Below, piece by piece: positions 8,041 to 12,646 of a stretch of 12,646 bases of DNA. Origin of the DNA: a virus (taxonomy: Duplodnaviria; Heunggongvirae; Uroviricota; Caudoviricetes). The notes beneath the pieces are model-generated. The model ran no database searches and had not been told where the DNA came from. It saw only the letters and a program-made list of their open reading frames with translations. The DNA is taken from the IMG/VR virus record IMGVR_UViG_2703718674_000003; one strand, written 5' to 3'. The number at the start of each line of letters is the position of its first letter. The stretch's first letter is position 1. The translations under genes were made by a program, and so were the position numbers.

Positions 8041-9487
8041 TGTTGCCTCCTTTGTCGTTGACGGGATCCGTATCAAAGACCAGCCCCAGTCTGCTGTTTT
8101 CATCAATTTCAGCCTTGCGGCGACGTTTGACCTCATCCGGATTGCGCCCGCCGGCACGCACCCAGTCAGATTCTGTCGCTGCACCACCCCGGATCTGAAT
8201 TCTCCAGGCTTCAGCTTCCTTAACCGGGTCGATCCACGGCATCACCGGACCGGAATACGTCGCGTTATATAGCGTTTTCATCTCCACATCCGCCGGAATT
8301 TTCAGCAGACCTGCCGCAACCACCATATTCAGCCATGTCCGGTACACCGGGCGGGTTACCGCGCCAATAAAACAGTCCTGCAGGATCAGGTAACCATCCG
8401 TGGACTCGACCAGCTCCTGCCGCTGGGCGCTGTAGGTGCCGTTATAGTTACGCGCCGCACTGGAAAAACTCAGACGACTGCCTGCTGCCACTGCACGCAA
8501 CTGGCCGTTGCGGAAAGTTTCAAGGTTGGGATTGGGACGGTCAGATTTGACCATGCCGATATCCTCGCCCTTGCGCAAATCGTCATAAATAATACCCGGG
8601 GTGATATGGACTTCCCGCTCGGTTTCTTTGATCCCCGGATCTTCATAGTCCTGTCCGTCACCTTTACGGATATACAGTCCCAGCGCCGCAGCAATACGCG
8701 CCGCTGTCAGTTCCGCATCCTCATACTCCTTAAGGGCACTGATCCGCATCAGCACCCCCGATAACATGGATGAGCCTCGCGTCTGGTGCAGACGACGAGT
8801 GAACTTCAGGTGGATCATTTTTCCGGCAGCGATTTCTTTCGTATCACTCTGCCGGCCGCTGACCGGATAATTTTTATAAACCAGATATTTTTTCGGTCTT
8901 CCCCACTCATCAAGAAAAACCCCCTGATTCAGTCCGGCGGATTCATCAGTGCGCATGGGAACAAAATCCGGCTCCATCGCCTCAAGCCAGAATGGCACTC
9001 CCGCCGTCCGTTCCAGACCGTTTCCCGCACCACTGACCATCTGCGCAAACACTTCACCATCCCGCAGCCAGGTCCGCAGCAGTAAACGTTCAAGCACAGG
9101 ACGGGTATACTGCCCTGTCACATCCGGACTCACGGACCATTCAGCCCACAAACGGCGGATATCCGCAGCCAGCTCAGCCGCCATTTCCCCGTTTTTTCGT
9201 AATGGCTGAGGCTCCACAATAATTCCCCTGGCACCAATCACCCGCTCTTCCAGCTTGTCAAACACACCAATCACCAGGTCATGATTGATATCCAGAAAAC
9301 GGGCCTGCTCCCGCAGGGAAACCGCACCGTATTTACTGAGCTGATCAGCAGAGCGATTTTCCCGCCGGGCTTTATGTGTCCGGGTCGGTTTCACCGCCTC
9401 ATAGGCCATGATTAACGCCCTTGAACGCAGTCTGGCTGCTTTCCACCTAGGGGAAAACACGCCGATCACATCATCAATAATTGCCAT
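7985..9487 (-). CDS. B: Portal protein (lambda gpB-like), 500 aa
   Basis: Size and position (immediately after W and the terminase, before the protease-capsid gene) fit a lambda-family portal. The ATG at 9487 overlaps the W stop (TAATG). Confidence 0.9.
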   Translation of the reverse strand: MAIIDDVIGVFSPRWKAARLRSRALIMAYEAVKPTRTHKARRENRSADQLSKYGAVSLREQARFLDINHDLVIGVFDKLEERVIGARGIIVEPQPLRKNGEMAAELAADIRRLWAEWSVSPDVTGQYTRPVLERLLLRTWLRDGEVFAQMVSGAGNGLERTAGVPFWLEAMEPDFVPMRTDESAGLNQGVFLDEWGRPKKYLVYKNYPVSGRQSDTKEIAAGKMIHLKFTRRLHQTRGSSMLSGVLMRISALKEYEDAELTAARIAAALGLYIRKGDGQDYEDPGIKETEREVHITPGIIYDDLRKGEDIGMVKSDRPNPNLETFRNGQLRAVAAGSRLSFSSAARNYNGTYSAQRQELVESTDGYLILQDCFIGAVTRPVYRTWLNMVVAAGLLKIPADVEMKTLYNATYSGPVMPWIDPVKEAEAWRIQIRGGAATESDWVRAGGRNPDEVKRRRKAEIDENSRLGLVFDTDPVNDKGGNSAGTERQYQRDTESQHEE

Positions 9488-9723
9488 TAAAACCTCGCCA
9501 GTTTAAATCCCGGTTTTCCCCGCCTGCGGCTCACCATCGCGGCAAGCCTGCGTTCCCACTCCTGACGTCCGGCGCGGATCTGAGAAAGGCTTTCCAGCGT
9601 CAGTTGCTGCCCGTTGAAGGTGACAGACTTTCCCTCCAGTACGGCCATTTCCGCTTCACGGTACCGCTGTATCATTTCTCTGGCTTCTTCTGTGCTCACA
9701 ACCAGCCTCCTGATGTTATCCAT
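9487..9723 (-). CDS. W: Head-tail joining protein (lambda gpW-like), 78 aa
   Basis: The C-terminus ...MVSRRRGKPGF resembles the lambda gpW C-terminus (...QRRRGPAGFYV), and the length is similar. It sits between terminase large subunit and portal as in lambda. The ATG at 9723 overlaps the 3' end of the terminase gene by 28 nt. Confidence 0.8.
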   Translation of the reverse strand: MDNIRRLVVSTEEAREMIQRYREAEMAVLEGKSVTFNGQQLTLESLSQIRAGRQEWERRLAAMVSRRRGKPGFKLARF

Positions 9724-11819
9724 GGATTATCTTCCGCACGCTCCGTCCGCAGTTTTTTCTTCCGGCGACGGCGTTTTTCTGCCCCGGCCGTCAGTTCCGG
9801 GGATACCGTTTCACCAGAACGCTCCTGCGGGAAGACGAGCCACGTTTCCCGCTGTGCCCAGTCCGGTGCGGAGGGCCAGCGGATCTTTTCGTAACCATGC
9901 AGAACGGCAAGCGCATCCGCATAAACCAGCAGGTCAAACGCTTCGTTAGCGCCCCTGCCCGGTTTTCGCCATTTTCCGTCACTGCCGCGCTCTTCATAGG
10001 TCAGCTCATCGTAAAACCACCGCCCCAGCCAGTCGGGAAAGTGGATATAGTTCGGCCCTGGTGTGTCACGCCACAGGGCATTATTTACACGATCCTTAAA
10101 CGCATCCGTCTGAACCAGCCACAGCGCGACATCGCCACTGGCTCTGGCACGGCGGGCACTTCTGCCGGTATTATCCGGGAAGGTTCGGTTAATCAGCCTG
10201 TCACGGCGAAGTCCATCCCCCTTGAACAGAAACACCCTGTTGCCCAGTCCGTCACTCCGGCAACGACGCCAGAAACGATAGGCGTTATCTGTCACCCCGG
10301 CTTCCCCTCCCGTATCCACCGCCATGGCCATCAGACGCATGCGCACATCCGGATCAGAAGCCAGCGGCCATGTTTTATGGAACACATCCGTCAGCAACAA
10401 ATCCCAGTCCTCCGGATATGCCGCCGGATCAACCGGCAGACTTTCACCGTTGGGACTGCAGCGCAGTGAATGCCGGATGTTGTAGCGATCAACAATCCAG
10501 CGTTCCCCCTGCTCTCCGTATCCGGTGATCTGCACAACAAAACGGCGATTTTTACCGCCCTGTACGTCAACCGTTGCCTCAATAAAACGCACACCATCCG
10601 GCACAGATCGCCGGGGAAACGGCTCGGCACGCTGTTCAAGCAGTTCACTTTTACGCTGTTCCGTGGCTGAACGGGGCAGATAGGGTCGTCCGATATCGGT
10701 GTTCACCACCGCTTTCAGGGTCTCTTCACTGCCGGTTCGCTCATACTCTTCTTCTGCCGCCAGCAGTTTAAAAATCAGTTGTTCCCAGGTCTGAAACGCC
10801 GCAGCTGGCCCCTCCATCCAAAATGACGCAATCCGGGAGTTTCGTGGCGTTCCGGTGATACTGCCGTCCGCCGCCGCCCGTTCACCTTCACGAAGCCAGA
10901 TCCCCTGGTTATTCAGTTCGCGTTTCTGCTCAGGGGCAATCAGCCCGCGACAATGCGGACACATCAGACGGGCAGCCTGACCGGCAGCCACAAAATCCGG
11001 GTTATTCCGGTATCCGGTCATGTTATCCATCACCGGCTGAAAATATTCCCCGCAGTGCGGACACGGCCAGTACCACCGGCGGCGGTCTCCCCGGTTATAC
11101 AGTGACAGGATCCCCGTTGTTGGCGGTGCCTCATGTGCGCCACCACAACGCCATTTGGTATCGGTGATATCCCGCCCCGGTGAACTCTCGACCAGGGTCA
11201 TCCCCGAAGACATAAAGGTGGTGGTACGCTTTGAGGCCAGCGTGAAGGCATCCCCTTCCCCGTCCACGTTTTCAGGGAAACGGTCATAATCCGTCAGCGC
11301 CACACGACGGTAATCCGAAGAGGAAAAGACGGTGATCGACGGCCAGCCAATCTTCAGGAAGGAGCCGTCAAGAAACATTTTATCGTGGACGTTGTTGTCA
11401 TTACGGGAAGGACTGAGGCGCTTGCTGACCTCCGGACTGTGGCGAAACGTCCTGGAAAGACGCGTTCTGGAATGCTCACGCGCCTTCGTCTCAGTCATCT
11501 GCACCACCAGCATATCCGCCGGATCACAGATGATGCCGTACACAATCCAGCCATCAATCAGCCCTTCGGTTTTCCCGGTTCGCGCAGGTCCCACAAACAC
11601 CACCGCGTCATATTCACGGGCTGATAATGTATTAATGGGGTCAATCATATAGGGCGTCAGCGATGACTCCCACGGACCGGAAGTATTGGCTCCCCGTGGA
11701 ACCCGCATATAACGCCTGATGGCTTCCGCTACTGGTAACCGGCTGGGTGGGCGAAACAGCGAGGCCACTTCGCGCCAGATATCGGATGCGCGGCTATGGC
11801 TCTCGTTCACCTGATTCAC
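9696..11819 (-). CDS. A: Terminase large subunit (lambda gpA family), 707 aa
   Basis: The N-terminal SLFRP motif is shared with lambda gpA; a Walker A-like VFVGPARTGKTEG is present, and paired CPHCG motifs (CPHCGEYF, CPHCRG) suggest a zinc-binding region. The start is a GTG at 11819 that directly overlaps the small-subunit stop (minus strand reads ATG TGA, with GTG in the other frame); the next in-frame ATG would delete the conserved N-terminus. Confidence 0.92.
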   Translation of the reverse strand: MNQVNESHSRASDIWREVASLFRPPSRLPVAEAIRRYMRVPRGANTSGPWESSLTPYMIDPINTLSAREYDAVVFVGPARTGKTEGLIDGWIVYGIICDPADMLVVQMTETKAREHSRTRLSRTFRHSPEVSKRLSPSRNDNNVHDKMFLDGSFLKIGWPSITVFSSSDYRRVALTDYDRFPENVDGEGDAFTLASKRTTTFMSSGMTLVESSPGRDITDTKWRCGGAHEAPPTTGILSLYNRGDRRRWYWPCPHCGEYFQPVMDNMTGYRNNPDFVAAGQAARLMCPHCRGLIAPEQKRELNNQGIWLREGERAAADGSITGTPRNSRIASFWMEGPAAAFQTWEQLIFKLLAAEEEYERTGSEETLKAVVNTDIGRPYLPRSATEQRKSELLEQRAEPFPRRSVPDGVRFIEATVDVQGGKNRRFVVQITGYGEQGERWIVDRYNIRHSLRCSPNGESLPVDPAAYPEDWDLLLTDVFHKTWPLASDPDVRMRLMAMAVDTGGEAGVTDNAYRFWRRCRSDGLGNRVFLFKGDGLRRDRLINRTFPDNTGRSARRARASGDVALWLVQTDAFKDRVNNALWRDTPGPNYIHFPDWLGRWFYDELTYEERGSDGKWRKPGRGANEAFDLLVYADALAVLHGYEKIRWPSAPDWAQRETWLVFPQERSGETVSPELTAGAEKRRRRKKKLRTERAEDNPWITSGGWL

Positions 11820-12292
11820 ATATCGGCCTCATCACAACAGTCAATGACTGCCTTTTCCAGTGTGTCGCGGATCTCATCAACCACAATCTGTACTTCATTC
11901 AGTTGTGATGCAGTCCACCCCCTGTCCCTCTCCAGCCGGTCAGGCCAGGTTTCCAGTACCTGAACTATCGCTTTCACCACGACAGAAAAGGACCGCCTGA
12001 CATCACTGACTGGCACAAGCTGAACAGTTTCATGCTGAAATTTAAGACGCTCGCGCTCGGACTGATACCATGCCTTACGAGCGTGAGGATCCATATCCTC
12101 ATCTTCGGAAGATGGTGGTTTTTCCAGCAACGAAGTTATCAAATCCGTCAGGAGATACAGTTTTTTCTTTTCATTACTGCCTGGTGCAAGAGGAACATCC
12201 GCCATTCTGGCGGCAACAGTCTGCCGGTGCAGACCTGAAAGGGCTGCCAGTTGATTAATATTTAACTTCATATTTTTCAGCTCGCCGTCCAT
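11816..12292 (-). CDS. Nu1: Terminase small subunit (lambda Nu1-like, N-terminal DNA-binding helix-turn-helix), 158 aa
   Basis: The N-terminus MKLNINQLAALSGLHRQTVAARM resembles the Nu1 helix-turn-helix (VNKKQLADIFGASIRTIQNW). The gene lies immediately upstream of, and is coupled to, the large subunit. ATG at 12292 is preceded by GGAGGG at 6-nt spacing; an alternative ATG at 12271 aligns with the Nu1 start but has a weaker Shine-Dalgarno. Confidence 0.82.
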   Translation of the reverse strand: MDGELKNMKLNINQLAALSGLHRQTVAARMADVPLAPGSNEKKKLYLLTDLITSLLEKPPSSEDEDMDPHARKAWYQSERERLKFQHETVQLVPVSDVRRSFSVVVKAIVQVLETWPDRLERDRGWTASQLNEVQIVVDEIRDTLEKAVIDCCDEADM

Positions 12293-12370
12293 TTACATCC
12301 CTCCACATAAACCGCAGAACAGAAGTGACTCTGTTTTTTTGTAAAGAAATGCCGCCATATAAAGATGTCG

Positions 12371-12510
12371 AACAAAAAACAACCACAACCATCATCTTTT
12401 TAATACTAACAGCATTAAAAACAACAAGTTACCATCATGATGATGATGACGATAAAATCACAAAAATGCGCCTTTTTCCGCGCCGCCCGCCCCGTGTTCA
12501 GGCCCACCCC
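12371..12510 (-). other. Candidate cos region (cosN-like GC-rich core plus A/T-rich cosB-like repeats)
   Basis: On the gene strand, 12495..12478 reads ACGGGGCGGGCGGCGCGG, which shares ACGGGGCGG with the lambda cosN junction (TTACGGGGCGGCGACCTCGCGG). It lies about 190 nt upstream of the terminase small subunit start, the same spacing as cosN to Nu1 in lambda. The A/T-rich DNA between it and the gene has two imperfect direct repeats ending in ACCATCAT (12371..12395 and 12417..12439). Confidence 0.4.
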
Positions 12511-12646
12511 ACCAGGAGGACCCGCAAAAAATGATAATGGTTATCATTTGCAACAAAATCCAGTTTCTTCCACCATCGCACCGGACTGGCGACTATGAGG
12601 GGACAACACCGCGCTCCGTTAACGCGGTAAACCCCGGTGTGTATCG

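Noticed and set aside
8187-8187. ORF-track start of the capsid fusion gene at 8187 (723 aa)
   Set aside because: It would overlap the portal gene 3' end by about 200 nt and add about 50 residues ahead of the ClpP-like domain with no homology support. The internal GTG (8040, strong Shine-Dalgarno) or ATG (7995) is far more plausible.
12325-12534. 69-aa plus-strand ORF upstream of the terminase genes, containing an HHDDDDDK stretch that resembles a His-tag/enterokinase site
   Set aside because: It lies in the A/T-rich cos region, which is expected to be non-coding, and has no convincing ribosome binding site. The DDDDK codons (gat gat gat gac gat aaa) are part of a simple (cat)/(gat) trinucleotide tract, not vector sequence: there is no polyhistidine run, multiple cloning site or other vector hallmark. 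Most likely coincidence.
1-12646. Search for embedded cargo: defence systems, toxin-antitoxin, morons, CRISPR arrays, tRNA or integrase
   Set aside because: The minus-strand genes are contiguous with spacers of 90 nt or less, apart from the cos region. I saw no direct-repeat arrays, no tRNA-like cloverleaf candidates, and no ORF of foreign composition inserted between structural genes. Nothing here supports a novel accessory system.

Overview
This window is the DNA-packaging, head and tail morphogenesis module of a lambda-like (lambdoid, cos-type) siphovirus prophage, with every gene on the minus strand. Reading from high to low coordinate: a candidate cos site, terminase small subunit (Nu1-like), terminase large subunit (gpA-like), head-tail joining protein (gpW-like), portal (gpB-like), one long gene fusing a ClpP-like prohead protease, a scaffold-like linker and the major capsid protein, a small probable decoration protein, a small head-tail joining-like protein, then lambda-like tail genes Z, U, V, G, G-T (programmed -1 frameshift), tape measure H and the first 43 codons of M. 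Protein identifications rest on my recall of lambda protein sequences and family motifs, not on a database search. An 82-nt run of N (3604..3685) is an assembly gap that removes the 3' end of the major tail gene V. I found no inserted cargo, defence, toxin or other accessory gene between the structural genes: the only non-coding stretches are about 40 to 90 nt intergenic spacers and the roughly 350 nt cos region upstream of the terminase genes. I therefore do not claim a novel system here; the points worth a second look are the frameshift site, the fused capsid gene, the cos architecture and an unusual pair of hairpins after the capsid gene. The long plus-strand ORFs in the track all lie antisense to well-supported minus-strand genes and are treated as artefacts of the high GC content.
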